The translations under genes were made by a program, and so were the position numbers. The notes under the pieces were generated by a model, which saw only the letters and a list, made by a program, of their open reading frames with translations, ran no database searches and was not told the origin of the DNA. Positions 10,479-20,833 of a stretch of DNA of 64,000 nucleotides are shown piece by piece. The DNA is taken from positions 3,506,579 to 3,570,578 of the forward strand of contig CAWIVQ010000003.1 of NCBI GenBank assembly GCA_963839575.1, in the 5' to 3' direction. Each line of letters starts with the position of its first letter. Within the stretch, counting starts at the first letter, position 1. This DNA comes from an uncultured Actinomycetes bacterium. Its GTDB lineage: Bacteria > Actinomycetota > Acidimicrobiia > IMCC26256 > PALSA-610.

Positions 10479-13183
10479 GTGTTCGAATACCCGGCCGAGT
10501 GGGAGAGCGACGTCGTCCTCGCCGACGGTGGCACCGCGACGGTGCGACCGGCCCGGCCCGACGACGAGCCGGGACTCTTGGCGCTCTACGAACGACTGAG
10601 CGACGAGTCGATCTATCTCCGGTTCTTCTCGCCGGTGCCGCGCCCGACCGCGGTGCAGCTCGAGCGCATCACGTCGATCGACTACGTCGACCACATGGTG
10701 CTCGTCGCGCTGCTCGGCTCCGACATCGTCGCGGTCGCCCGGTACGACCGGGTCGGACCCGACGAGGCGGAGGTCGCGTTCGCGGTTGCCGACGACCAGC
10801 AGCGCCGGGGTCTGGCCACCTTGCTGCTCGAGCACCTCGCGGCGATCGCGCGGGCGCACGGCATCAGTAAGTTCTCGGCCGACACGCTCCCGGGGAACGC
10901 GAAGATGCTGAACGTGTTCGCCGACGCGGGTTGGGAGGCCAGCCGCCGTTTCGACGAGGGGACGGTCCGCGTCGAGTTCGCGATCGCGCCGACGCCGACC
11001 TCGGTGGGTGTCGTCGCGGCGCGTGAGACGCATGCCGAGTCGGCGTCGATCGCGCGACTCCTCGCCCCGCGGTCGATCGCAGTCATCGGCGCCAGCCGCC
11101 AGCCCGGCAAGATCGGCCACGAGCTCTTCCGCAACCTTCTCGAGTACGGATTCGACGGGCCGGTGTACCCGGTACACCCGACCGCGACCTCGGTCGGCGG
11201 GGTGCGCGCCTACCCGCGCGTCGTCGACGTGCCCGACGCGGTCGACGTCGCGGTCGTGGTCGTACCGGCATCCGATGTCCCGGCCGTCGTCGACGAGTGC
11301 GCGGAGAAGGGCGTCCGGGGCCTGTTGGTGATCACGGCCGGCTTCGCCGAGACCGGGCCCGAGGGCAAGGCGGCCGAGCGCGAGCTCGTCGCGTCGGCCC
11401 GGCGCAACGGGATGCGCATCATCGGCCCGAACTGCTTCGGGGTGTTGAACACCGCGCCCGGAGTTCGTATGAACGCGACGTTCGCGCCGGCCCAACCCGT
11501 CGCGGGGAACGTGGCATTCCTGTCGCAGTCGGGCGGGCTCGGCATCGAGCTGATGAGCCGGGCCGCCGATCTCGGTATCGGGATCTCCCAGTTCGTGTCG
11601 GTCGGCAACAAAGCCGACGTCAGCGCGAACGACCTCCTGCAGTACTGGGCCGACGACGCGCAGACCGAGGTCATCCTCTTGTACCTCGAGTCGTTCGGTA
11701 ATCCCGGGAAGTTCGTGCGCCTCGCGCGCAACCTCGCGCGTTCGAAGCCGATCGTCGCGGTCAAGAGCGGGCGAACCGCGGCCGGGAGCCGTGCCGCGTC
11801 ATCGCACACGGCCGCGCTCGCGGCGCCCGACCTCGCCGTCGACGCGCTGTTCCGCCAGGCCGGGGTCATCCGCGTCGACACGCTCGACGAGCTGCTGTCG
11901 ACCGCGATGGTCCTGGCGCACCAGCCGCTGCCCGCCGGGCGGCGCGTCGCGATCGTCAGCAACGCCGGCGGTCCCGGAATCCTCGCGGCCGACGCGTGCG
12001 CCGGGGCACGCCTCGAGGTTCCCGAGCTCGACGGCGCGACGCAGGACGCACTGCGAGCCATCGTGCTGTCCGGTGCCTCGGTGCACAACCCCGTCGACCT
12101 CGTCGCGGGCGCGTCGGCCCGCCAATACGAGGACGTGCTGCGCGTCGTGATGGCCGACGCGTCGATCGACGCGGTCCTCGTCATCTTCGTCCCGCCGCTC
12201 GTCACTCGCGCCGAGGACGTTGCCCGGGCGATCGGGAGCGCGGCCGAGTCGGCCGGCGGCAAACCGATTCTCTCGTGCTTCCTCGGCCAGACCGGCGTGC
12301 CGAGCGAGCTGCGCGGCGACGAGAAGCGCCAGACGATCCCTTCGTTCGCGTTCCCGGAGTCGGCCGCGCACGCGCTGGGTCGGGTCGCGGACCTGGCCGA
12401 TTGGCGCAAGCGCCCACCGGGAGTCGTCCCGCGAGCTGACCGGCATCGATCTCGACGGCGCGCGTGCGCTCGTCGCGGGCGCCCTCGCGGCGCAGCCCGA
12501 AGGCGCGTGGCTGGACCCGGGTACGGCCGCGCGGCTCCTGTCGTGTTTCGGGATCCCGGTGGTCGCGACACGCGAGGTCACCGACGCCGCCGGGGCACGC
12601 GCCGCTGGCGCGCGAGGTCGGGTTCCCCGTCGCGCTGAAGGCCTCCGCTCCGGGGCTCGTGCACAAGAGCGACGTCGGCGGTGTCGCGCTCGACCTGCGT
12701 GACGAGGACAGTGTGGCGGACGCGTACACGACGATGGCAGGCGCGCTCGGAACCGCGATGACGGGCGCGGTCGTGCAGCCGATGGTCGCCGCCGGGGTCG
12801 AGGTGATTCTCGGTATCACGCACGACGTCACGTTCGGCCCGATCGTCCTGTTCGGCCTCGGAGGCGTCACGGCGGAGCTGCTCGCCGATCGCGCCCTGCG
12901 CCTGGTGCCCGTCACCGACGACGACGCGCACCAGCTGGTGCGGTCGCTGCGGGGCTCGCAGCTGTTCTTCGGCTACCGCGGCCGCCCCGCAGTCGACGTG
13001 GACGCGCTCGAAGACGTGATCCTGCGCGTCGGAGCGCTCGCCGACGAAATCGCCGAGATCGCCGAGATGGATCTCAATCCGGTCGTTGCGTCGGCGAACG
13101 GCGTGGTGGCGATCGACGTCAAGATCCGGATCACACCGGCGGTCGTCGGCGTGCCGAGTGATGTCCGCCGTATGCGCACGTAG
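10479..13183 (+). pseudogene. GNAT acetyltransferase fused to an NDP-forming acyl-CoA synthetase-like module (PatA-like domain order), two frame breaks
   Basis: N-terminal GNAT (VAVARYDRV...AFAVADDQQRRGLATLLLEHL). CoA-binding and ligase part (IAVIGASRQPGKIGHELFRNL, VITAGFAETG, IIGPNCFG, FLSQSGGLG, YLESFGNPGKF) in the frame of ORF 10479..12638. Next segment RELTGIDLDGARALVAGAL...GIPVVATREV lies in the frame of 12220..12702. The ATP-grasp end LAREVGFPVALKASAPGLVHKSDVGGV...MDLNPV lies in the frame of 12464..13183. Breaks near 12420 and 12600. Confidence 0.8.
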
Positions 13184-13274
13184 CGGGCGATATCGCCCTC
13201 GGCGTTCGTCGGACTCGCGTCGCGACCGTGCTGTCACGCGGTCGCGACGCGACGGTGACGCCCCTGCTTGCACG

Positions 13275-14464
13275 TTGTGCGAGTGTCCGACGCTCGCACA
13301 ACGCGCGTTCGCCCGGGTCGCACGGGCGTGGTCCATTCGGCGGTCGCCGGGGTTCGCGCGCGAGGAAGAAAGTCCTCTGCTCGCCTCGGCGCTCTCCAAC
13401 GGTTACCAACTCGTCGCCGCGATCGCATTCGTGTCCGTCGCGGGTACGGCGATCGCCGTCGCGCTCGTTCCGGATACGACCGCGCACCGGCTCGGATTCG
13501 CGGCCGAGCTCGCGGTTGTCGGCGTCGGCGTCGTGGTACTCGCGCTGGTACTCGACCGCCGTACCGCGAAAGTCGTCGCCCGTCCGTTCCGCGCGCTCGA
13601 AGAGACGCTCGCCACGATCGCCGCCGGCAATTACGACGTTCGCTCCGACCTGCCGCTCGCCGCGACAGAGATTCGGGCGATGGGCGCGCTGGTGAACGGC
13701 TTGGCCGACGAGGTCGTGAGAGCACGCGAAGCCGAGGCCGAAGCACTCGGGCGACTCCGCTCACTCGACGAAGCTCAGCACCGCTTTCTCTCGTACGTCG
13801 CGAGCGAACTTCGCAGCCCGCTGGTCAGCATGGTCGGCCAAGTCGAGTTCCTGCGCGCGACCCACGCCGACGCGCTGACCCCCGAGGGGCGCAATGTCAC
13901 CTCGGCAATTCAGTACGACGGCCGGACCATCCTCGCGCTGCTCGAGGACCTGCTGCCGGTCGTACCGGCCGAACCACGACGGCCACGCCTCGAACACGCG
14001 CTCATCGATCTCGCGGGTGTCCTGAAACGCGTCGAGCACGACGTCGGTCCGGCGGCGGAATGGCTGGCGCTGCAGCTCGAGTTCAGTCTCGAAGAGGGCG
14101 TCAGGTTGTTCGGCGACGAGCAACAGGTCGAGCGAGCACTCCTGAACCTGGTATCGAACGCCGTGCTGTCCTCCTCCCGGGAGGTCGCGTCACGGTGTCT
14201 GCTCGCTCGCAACGCGACTCGACCATCATCGAAGTGAGCGACTCCGGCTTCGGTACACCTCCGGACGAGCACGACGGGTTCGTCGCGATGTTCCGCCTGA
14301 ACGTGCCGCCGAAACGGGAAGCGACCGCATCCGGGCTCGGTCTCTATGTCGTGAAGGAGATCCTCGACGCCCACGGTGGCAGCTTCAGCATGATCTCCGA
14401 TCCGGGAGTCGAGACCGTGTTCACGCTGCGCTTTCCGAACACGCTCGGCGATCAGACGCCCTAG
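13275..14464 (+). pseudogene. membrane sensor histidine kinase (TM-HAMP-HisKA-HATPase), one frame break near 14170
   Basis: Frame of 13086..14237 carries the TM helices, a HAMP-like segment (FRALEETLATIAAGNYDVRSDL) and the H-box FLSYVASELRSPL up to LLNLVSNAV. The ATP-binding end PGGRVTVSA...IEVSDSGFG...ASGLGLYVVKEILDAHGGSF is in the frame of 13268..14464. Start uncertain (TTG at 13275 is a guess). Confidence 0.7.
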
Positions 14465-15312
14465 GGAGCGGTGATCGCCCGTACGAGCGTGGGCAGCGAT
14501 TCGCGAAAGTCGGGGAGGAGCGGGCGTCCGGCGAGGCGTAGAGCCCGGTTGTCGAGCACCGAGTTCGCGGGGCGGGGCGCCGGGCGGGGTGGATCGAGGT
14601 CGGCGGTGGTGATCGGCACGACGCGCCCGGCATCGGCGCCGGCGGCCTGCAGCACCTCGCCCGCGAACTCGAACCAGCTCACCGGTCCTTGGTTGGTGAC
14701 GTGCCACGTCCCGGGCAGCCGCTCGACCACGAAGCTGCGCAGCATCGTGGCGAGGTCGGCGGCGACGGTGGGACAGCCCCGCTGGTCGTCGACGAATCGC
14801 AGCGGCGCGTCGCCGGCCGCGAGGCGCAAGATGGTCTTGGCCATGTTCGAGCCGTAGCGGCCGATCACCCACGATGTGCGGACGACCGCGCACTCGAGGT
14901 CGCTCTCGAACTCGCCACCGAGCTTCGATTGTCCGTAGACCGACTGCGGATTGGGCGTGTCCCACTCGTGGTAAGGCTCGGGTTGGGCGCCGTCGAAGAC
15001 GTAGTCGGTCGACAACGAGACGACGTACGCGCCGGCCTGGCGCGCCCCCTCCATGACGAAGCGGACCCCGAGCGCATTCACCAAGAAGGCGCGGTCGCGC
15101 TCGGTCTCGCACGCGTCGACCGCGGTCATGGCCGCGGAGTGGACGATCGCGTCGGGCCGGACGCTGCCGATCGCTCCGAGCACGGCATCGCGATCGCCGA
15201 CGTCGAGGCTCGCGTGGTCGAGGCCCACGACCTCGTAGCCGCTTCGTCCGGCGAACGCTTCGACGACCTCGCGACCGACCATTCCGCCCGCGCCGGTGAC
15301 CAGGACGCGCAA
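14461..15312 (-). CDS. rmlD: dTDP-4-dehydrorhamnose reductase
   Basis: 283 aa. MRVLVTGAGGMVG, IVHSAAMTAVD, STDYVFDG...Y.E.D.PNPQSVYGQSKLGGE. Last gene of the rml operon. Confidence 0.9.
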   Translation of the reverse strand: MRVLVTGAGGMVGREVVEAFAGRSGYEVVGLDHASLDVGDRDAVLGAIGSVRPDAIVHSAAMTAVDACETERDRAFLVNALGVRFVMEGARQAGAYVVSLSTDYVFDGAQPEPYHEWDTPNPQSVYGQSKLGGEFESDLECAVVRTSWVIGRYGSNMAKTILRLAAGDAPLRFVDDQRGCPTVAADLATMLRSFVVERLPGTWHVTNQGPVSWFEFAGEVLQAAGADAGRVVPITTADLDPPRPAPRPANSVLDNRALRLAGRPLLPDFRESLPTLVRAITAP

Positions 15313-15320
15313 CGCTCAGG

Positions 15321-16325
15321 TCACTTCCACGCCGCGGTCTCGTCGACCGGTGCCCGCTCGAGGAGCGGCTCCCACCAGGCACGGTTCGCGCTGTACCACT
15401 GCACGGTCTCCCGGATCCCGGCCTCGAACGCGACCTTTGGTTCCCAGCCGAGCTCCGCGCGGATCTTCGACGCGTCGAGCAGGTATCGACGGTCGTGACC
15501 GGGACGGTCGGGGACGATCGTCTTGAGCGACTCGGGCTTGCCCAGCACGGCGAGCACCGCGTCGGCGATCTCCGCGATGCTGCGCTCCTCGCCGGTACCC
15601 ACGTGGTAGGTCTCCCCGACGCGGCCGTCGTCGAGGATGCGGGCGATCGCGCTGCAGTGGTCGTCGGCGTGGATCCACTCCCGCCGATTCTCGGTCGATG
15701 CGTAGAGCGGGATCGGTTGGTCGTCGAGCGCCCGGGTGCTGAAGAGCGGGATCACCTTTTCCGGGAACTGGTACGGGCCGTAGTTGTTGGCGCAGTTCGT
15801 GATCGAGATCGGGAGCCCGAACGTCTCGTAGTACGCACGTACCGCGTGGTCGCCGCCCGCCTTCGACGCGTTGTACGGCGTTCTCGGTGCGTACGGCGAG
15901 GACTCGTTGAACGGCTCCGTCGCGTCGAGCGCGAGATCGCCGTAGACCTCGCACGTGGAGACATGATGGAAACGCCGGAAGCGTTCGACGCCGATCCGGC
16001 GCACCGCTTCGCACAACGTTTGCGTGCCGACGACGTTCGTGCGGAAGAACACGCCCGGGTTCGTGATCGCGTAGGAGTTGTGCGACTCCGCGGCGAAGTT
16101 GACGATGACGTCGATCTCGTGGTCGCGCAGCGTTCGCTCCGCGGCGGCGAGGTCGCCGATGTCGCCGTGGACGAACTCGTGAGGCACACCGGCGAGGCTC
16201 TCGCGATTTCCGGCGTAGGTCAGCGCGTCGTACACCACGACGGTGTCGGCCGGGCGCTCGCGTGCCCACCAGCGCACGAAGTTCGATCCGATGAATCCGG
16301 CCCCGCCGGTGACGAGCAGGTTCAT
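15321..16325 (-). CDS. rmlB: dTDP-glucose 4,6-dehydratase
   Basis: MNLLVTGGAGFIGSNFV, NFAAESH, HVSTCEVYG, SPYAPRTPYNASKAGGDH, NNYGPYQFPEKVIPL. ATG at 16325 inside ORF 15321..16451, overlapping the rmlC stop. Confidence 0.93.
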   Translation of the reverse strand: MNLLVTGGAGFIGSNFVRWWARERPADTVVVYDALTYAGNRESLAGVPHEFVHGDIGDLAAAERTLRDHEIDVIVNFAAESHNSYAITNPGVFFRTNVVGTQTLCEAVRRIGVERFRRFHHVSTCEVYGDLALDATEPFNESSPYAPRTPYNASKAGGDHAVRAYYETFGLPISITNCANNYGPYQFPEKVIPLFSTRALDDQPIPLYASTENRREWIHADDHCSAIARILDDGRVGETYHVGTGEERSIAEIADAVLAVLGKPESLKTIVPDRPGHDRRYLLDASKIRAELGWEPKVAFEAGIRETVQWYSANRAWWEPLLERAPVDETAAWK

Positions 16326-16888
16326 GTGCGCATCGGCCAGACCGGGCGGGTGCGCTCGGGGATCTCGGCGCGTTTGGGGTTGGCCGCATCGCGATCCGAG
16401 AGCGCCGGGTTGGTCAGGCCCCAGTCGGCTGCGATCTCGGGATCGTCCCACGCCACGCCGAGCTCGTCGGCCGCGTTGTAGTACCCGTCGACGAGGTAGG
16501 TGATGGTCATGTCGGTCAGGGAGCCGAACCCGTGGGCGACGCCGGGCGGTATGAAGACCCCTTGGTGGAGGTTCGTTCCGTCGTCGGCCTCGCCCAGGTC
16601 GAACACCTCGGTGGCACCTTCGCTCGCACTGCCGGCGCGCAGGTCATGGAGCACGACGCGGGCCCGACCGAACGGGACGTACCAATAGTCGGCCTGGTGG
16701 AGGTGGTAGTGCAGCCCGACGACGCAACCGGCCGAGCGGTCGGCGCGGTTCGCCTGGATCATCTCGCGCCCTGCGGGAATCCACTCGCGCCGGAAGGTCT
16801 CGACGAACAGCCCGCGACCGTCGTGGTGCAAGGTCGGGTGCACGTGAAACACGCCGGCGATCAGGGAGCTTTCCTCGACGGATGCCAT
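16322..16888 (-). CDS. rmlC: dTDP-4-dehydrorhamnose 3,5-epimerase
   Basis: Last 188 aa of the long ORF 16322..18106: MASVEESSLIAGVFHVHPTLHHDGRGLFVETFR...GLHYH...QADYWYVPFGRARVVLHDLR...PPGVAHGF (cupin). The upstream part of that ORF is Arg/Pro-rich antisense of rmlA. Confidence 0.88.
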   Translation of the reverse strand: MASVEESSLIAGVFHVHPTLHHDGRGLFVETFRREWIPAGREMIQANRADRSAGCVVGLHYHLHQADYWYVPFGRARVVLHDLRAGSASEGATEVFDLGEADDGTNLHQGVFIPPGVAHGFGSLTDMTITYLVDGYYNAADELGVAWDDPEIAADWGLTNPALSDRDAANPKRAEIPERTRPVWPMRT

Positions 16889-16890
16889 GA

Positions 16891-17997
16891 CTACTCCAGG
16901 TCGGCCCGGCAGTGGTCGCCGAGCAGGAGACGGGTCGCCTTCGGGCGTTCGCCGGTGCGCATGACCTCGACGTCGCGCCCGAGGAGGGAATCGTGAATGC
17001 GGTGCACTCCGGTGATGCGGCTCCGTTCGAGCACGACCGAGTGTTCGATCTCCGCGTCTCGCAGCTCGCAGTCGGCGCCGATGGCGGTGTACGGGCCGAC
17101 GTAGGTGTCGACGAGGAGCGTTCCGGAGCCGATGATCGCCGGCCCCCGGACCACCGACGCCTCGAGTCGTGCGCCGGCTTCGATGACGACCCGCCCCTCG
17201 ACACGCGACGCGCCGTCGACCCGACCGTCGATACGCGGCACGATGGTGTCGAGGACCAGACGGTTGCAGTGCAGCAGTGGGTCCTTCTTCCCCGTGTCGA
17301 TCCACCATCCCTCGAGCACCTCGTGCATCACGGGGTAGCCGCGGTCGATGAGCCACTGGATGGCGTCGGTGATCTCGAGCTCGCCGCGTGCCGACGGCGA
17401 GATCGCGTTGATCGCGTCGTGCACGCGCTCGTCGAAGATGTAGACGCCGGCGAGCGCCAGGTCCGACGGCGGATCGGTGGGCTTTTCGACCAGCCGGACC
17501 ACGCGGCCGTGCGCGTCGATCTCGGCCACGCCGAACTGCCGGGGATCGTCGACATGGGCCAGGAGGATCTGAGCGGCTGCGGGCTGGGCGGCCGGCTCGT
17601 GCAGCTCGAGGGGGCGGCTCCGATCCGCGAGGAACCGGTCGACGAGGGGCCGCAATTCCTGCTGCAGCATGTTGTCGCCCAGGTACATCACGAAATCGTC
17701 GTCGCCGAGGAAGTCGGCGGCCACGAGGACGCAGTGTGCGAGCCCGAGCGGCTCGGTCTGGAGGATGAAGGTCAGCTCGACGCCGAACTGCGAGCCGTCG
17801 CCGAGTGCGCTTTCGATCTCGGCCGCGCTCTCGGGCGACACGACGACGCCGATGCTCTTGATGCCGGCCGCGGCGATGTCCTCGACGACGTAGAACAAGA
17901 TGGGCTTGTTCGCGATCGGTACCAGTTGCTTGGCGCTCGTGTGGGTGATGGGCCGTAGCCGGGTTCCGGCGCCGCCCGCCAGGATCAGACCCTTCAT
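16891..17997 (-). CDS. rmlA: glucose-1-phosphate thymidylyltransferase, long form with C-terminal left-handed beta-helix
   Basis: MKGLILAGGAGTRLRPITHTSAKQLVPIANKPIL, YLGDN, EKP, LALAGVYIF. The C-terminal ~120 aa have hexapeptide-repeat character. ATG at 17997 inside ORF 16891..18042. Confidence 0.85.
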   Translation of the reverse strand: MKGLILAGGAGTRLRPITHTSAKQLVPIANKPILFYVVEDIAAAGIKSIGVVVSPESAAEIESALGDGSQFGVELTFILQTEPLGLAHCVLVAADFLGDDDFVMYLGDNMLQQELRPLVDRFLADRSRPLELHEPAAQPAAAQILLAHVDDPRQFGVAEIDAHGRVVRLVEKPTDPPSDLALAGVYIFDERVHDAINAISPSARGELEITDAIQWLIDRGYPVMHEVLEGWWIDTGKKDPLLHCNRLVLDTIVPRIDGRVDGASRVEGRVVIEAGARLEASVVRGPAIIGSGTLLVDTYVGPYTAIGADCELRDAEIEHSVVLERSRITGVHRIHDSLLGRDVEVMRTGERPKATRLLLGDHCRADLE

Positions 17998-18087
17998 TCC
18001 CTGCCGCCCTCTGCCCCACGCGTGTCGGATCAAAAGTATCACCGGCTATGGCGTCCACGCCCGGGGCGCCTGTCCTAACGTTCGGGT

Positions 18088-18429
18088 ATGGCCGACGACC
18101 CCGCATCCGGCGCTACCTTCGACCCGAACTGCGATTTGTGCGAAGCCGCGCGTATCACCGAATGGTTCCACGAGGACGACATCTGCTGGATCGCGGAGTG
18201 CGAGATCTGTGCCGTCCCGATGGTCGTGTGGCGCAGCCACGGCGTGACGCCGCCCGGAGATCAGCTCGCCCACATGCACGAACGGCTGGCGATCGTGGTG
18301 GGGGAGCGCTTCACGTTCGAGCACTACGTCGACGACAACATGCGCAACATCCCGGACCACTACCACGCACACGCGCGGCCACAGGGCGGCTTCTTCGGTC
18401 ACGGTCTCCAACGCCGCCCGCAGAACTGA
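18088..18429 (+). CDS. small Cys-rich HIT-like (histidine-triad) protein
   Basis: 113 aa. CDLCE near the N-terminus as in HINT-type proteins, a second CEIC, and a C-terminal DHYHAHARP matching the His-x-His-x-His-x-x triad pattern. Divergent from rmlA across a 90-nt lower-GC spacer. Confidence 0.5.
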   Translation: MADDPASGATFDPNCDLCEAARITEWFHEDDICWIAECEICAVPMVVWRSHGVTPPGDQLAHMHERLAIVVGERFTFEHYVDDNMRNIPDHYHAHARPQGGFFGHGLQRRPQN

Positions 18430-18442
18430 GTCGACCCACCTC

Positions 18443-19990
18443 GTGACCGATCACGTGCTCACGATCGACCTCGGCACCTCGGGGCCGAAGGTCGCGCTCT
18501 TCACCTTCGACGGAGCATTCGTCGACGGCGACTTCACGCCGGTCGCGTTGAACGTGCTGCCCGATGGCGGCGCCGAGCAGTCGCCGAGCGCGTGGTGGGA
18601 CGGGATCGCGAGCGCCGCACACCGACTCCTGGAACGAGCGACCGTGCCGGTCGACGACATCGTCGCCGTGGCGGTGACGTCGCAATGGTCGGGTACGGTC
18701 CCGATCGATCGCCACGGCGCGGTGTTGCACGACGCGATCATCTGGATGGACGCGCGTGGCGCGGCGGAGACGAGGCGCGTCGTCGGCGGCGCGTTGCGGC
18801 TGCAGGGCTACGAGCCGCGCAAGCTCCGCACCTGGATCAGCCACAGCGGCGGTGCGCCCGCGCTCTCGGGCAAGGATTCGATCTCGCACATCCTCTGGCT
18901 GCAGCGCGAGCGCCCCGACATCGCGCGCGGCGACGTGGAAGTACCTCGAGCCGAAGGACTGGCTCAACTACCAGCTCACGGGCCGGTGCGCGGCCACGTT
19001 CGACTCCATCGTGTTGCACTGGGTCACCGACAACCGGGATCCCGCCCGCGTCGACTACGACCCCGAGCTCCTCCGCATCGCCGGGCTCGACCGGGCTCAG
19101 CTTCCCGACCTGGTTCCGGCCACGTCGATCGTGGGATCGCTGACCGAGCAGGCCGCGTCGGCGCTCGGGGTGCGGGCCGGCATCGCGGTCGTGGGCGGTA
19201 CCCCCGACCTGCAGTCGGCCGCGATCGGTTCGGGTGCCGTTCGCGATTTCGAAGGCCACCTCTACGTGGGAACGTCGTCGTGGCTGACGTGCCACGTACC
19301 GTTCAAGAAGACCGACCTCTTCCACGGCATCGCGTCGCTGCCGTCGCCGTTGCCCGGCAAGTACTACGTGGCCGACGAGCAGGAGGTCGCGGGCGGGTGT
19401 CTGGAATGGCTGCGGGAGCACGCGCTGGAGACGGGTGACGACTTCCGCACGCTCGACGCCGTTGCGGGCGCGTCGGCCCCGGGGAGCAACGGCGTGATCT
19501 TCACGCCCTGGTTGAACGGCGAGCGCACTCCGGTCGACGATCACACCTTGCGAGCCGGCTGGCACAACCTCTCACTGGCGACGACGCGAAGCGACCTGGT
19601 CCGGTCGGTGCTCGAAGGCGTCGCGTACAACAGCCGTTGGCTCCTGGCCACGGTGGAGAAGTTCGTGGGCCGGCCGTTTCCCTGGTTGCACTTCATCGGC
19701 GGTGGTGCGCAATCGGAGCTCTGGTGCCGGATCATGGCCGACGTGCTCGAGCGCGAGATCCGCCAGGTCGAACATCCCATCCGGGCCAACGCACGCGGCG
19801 CCGCGCTGCTGGCGGGGATCGCGCTCGGAGCGGATCACGGTCGCCGACCTTGCCCGCAACGTCCGGGTCGTCGCGACCTACACGCCCGAGCGCGCGAACC
19901 GCGCGACGTACGAAGATCGCTATGCGGAATTCCCGCGTGTTGCACAAGCAGACGAGCCGGAGAACCAAACGCCATGTCCACGGCAGCTGA
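18443..19990 (+). pseudogene. FGGY-family carbohydrate kinase (xylulokinase-like), two or three frame breaks
   Basis: N-terminus LTIDLGTSGPKVALF...WMDARG in the frame of 18443..19438. Middle part WKYLEPKDWLNYQLTG...GTPDLQSAAIGSGA...FIGGGAQSELWCRIMADVL...ANARGAALLAG in the frame of 18756..20240. ITVADLARNVRVVATYTPE...YEDRYAEF in the frame of 19702..20484. Breaks near 18930 and 19830. The end is ambiguous: a further shift near 19930 would give ...RVLHKQTSRRTKRHVHGS with a stop at 19990. Confidence 0.75.
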
Positions 19991-20073
19991 GCGCGGGAGC
20001 CCGCGCTGCGTCCGCGACGACGCCTTCCCGATGCGCGGCGTGGGGCCTGGCCGAACCCGGCGAGCTCGATCGC

Positions 20074-20794
20074 ATGGTGATCATCTCGCCCCATCTCGAC
20101 GACGCGGTCTTGAGTTGCGGGCGGTTCATGGCCGCCCATCCCGGCGTCACGGTCGTCACCGTGTTCGCCGGCAACCCCGCCTCGTATCCCGAACCCATGC
20201 GGCTCTGGGACGTGCAGAGCGGCTTCGGACCGGGCGATGACGTGATGGAAGTGCGCCGCGGCGAAGATCGGGCCGCGCTCGCGCTCCTCGACGCCGTCGC
20301 CCGTGCATCTCGACTACGTCGAGCACTCCTACAACCCGGGCGATCGGCCCGTGGCGCCCGAGGTCGTGGCGGCCGGTCTCGTCGCCGTGCTCGGCGAACT
20401 CCGACCGACGCTGGTCCTGGCGCCGTTCGGGCTCGCGAATCCCGATCACGACGTGACCCACCGCGGCTGCATGCTCGCCCGTGAACAGCTGGCCGGCACG
20501 GAGGCGCCGCCGTCATGGTGGTGTTACGAGGACAACGGTTACAAGCACATCCCGGGAATGCTCGCGTGGCGCGTGTCGGCGCTGTTTCGGCGCGGGCTCT
20601 GGCCGACGCCGGTTTGTCCGAACGTCGACGATCACGGCGAGCGCAAGGCGGCCGCGGTCGATTGCTACCCGTCACAGTTGCTGGCGCTCGAGGACGACTG
20701 GCAGATCCGGACGAAGCTCGCCGCACCCGCGCCCGAGCAGTACTGGCGCCTCGCGCCGCCCCCACCGGGGTGGGAAGGTCTCGCGTCGCGGTGA
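20074..20794 (+). pseudogene. PIG-L/LmbE-family deacetylase, one frame break near 20300
   Basis: MVIISPHLDDAVLSCGRFMA...VTVFAG...RRGEDRAALALLDAV in the frame of 19702..20484. It continues VHLDYVEHSY...LAPFGLANPDHDVTH...CYPSQL in the frame of 20303..20794. Confidence 0.75.
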
Positions 20795-20833
20795 ACCGGC
20801 GATGATCTGCCGGTGCCCCGAGCGCTCGGCCCG

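Noticed and set aside
9102-11495. Very long antisense ORFs, for example 9102..11495 (797 aa), 4471..6150, 7352..8758, 31850..33205, 33948..35531, 58824..61538 (904 aa) and 62707..63999.
   Set aside because: Their translations are Arg/Pro/Gly/Asp-rich low-complexity strings with no motifs. Each lies opposite a strongly recognisable gene (icd/pat, trpF/trpB, motA, kdpB, kdpC/kdpD, rpsA, uvrB). Long open antisense frames are expected in DNA of about 70% GC.
16322-18106. 594-aa ORF spanning rmlC and running antisense through rmlA.
   Set aside because: Only the last 188 aa (from MASVEESS) look like a protein (cupin epimerase). The rest is the shadow frame of rmlA.
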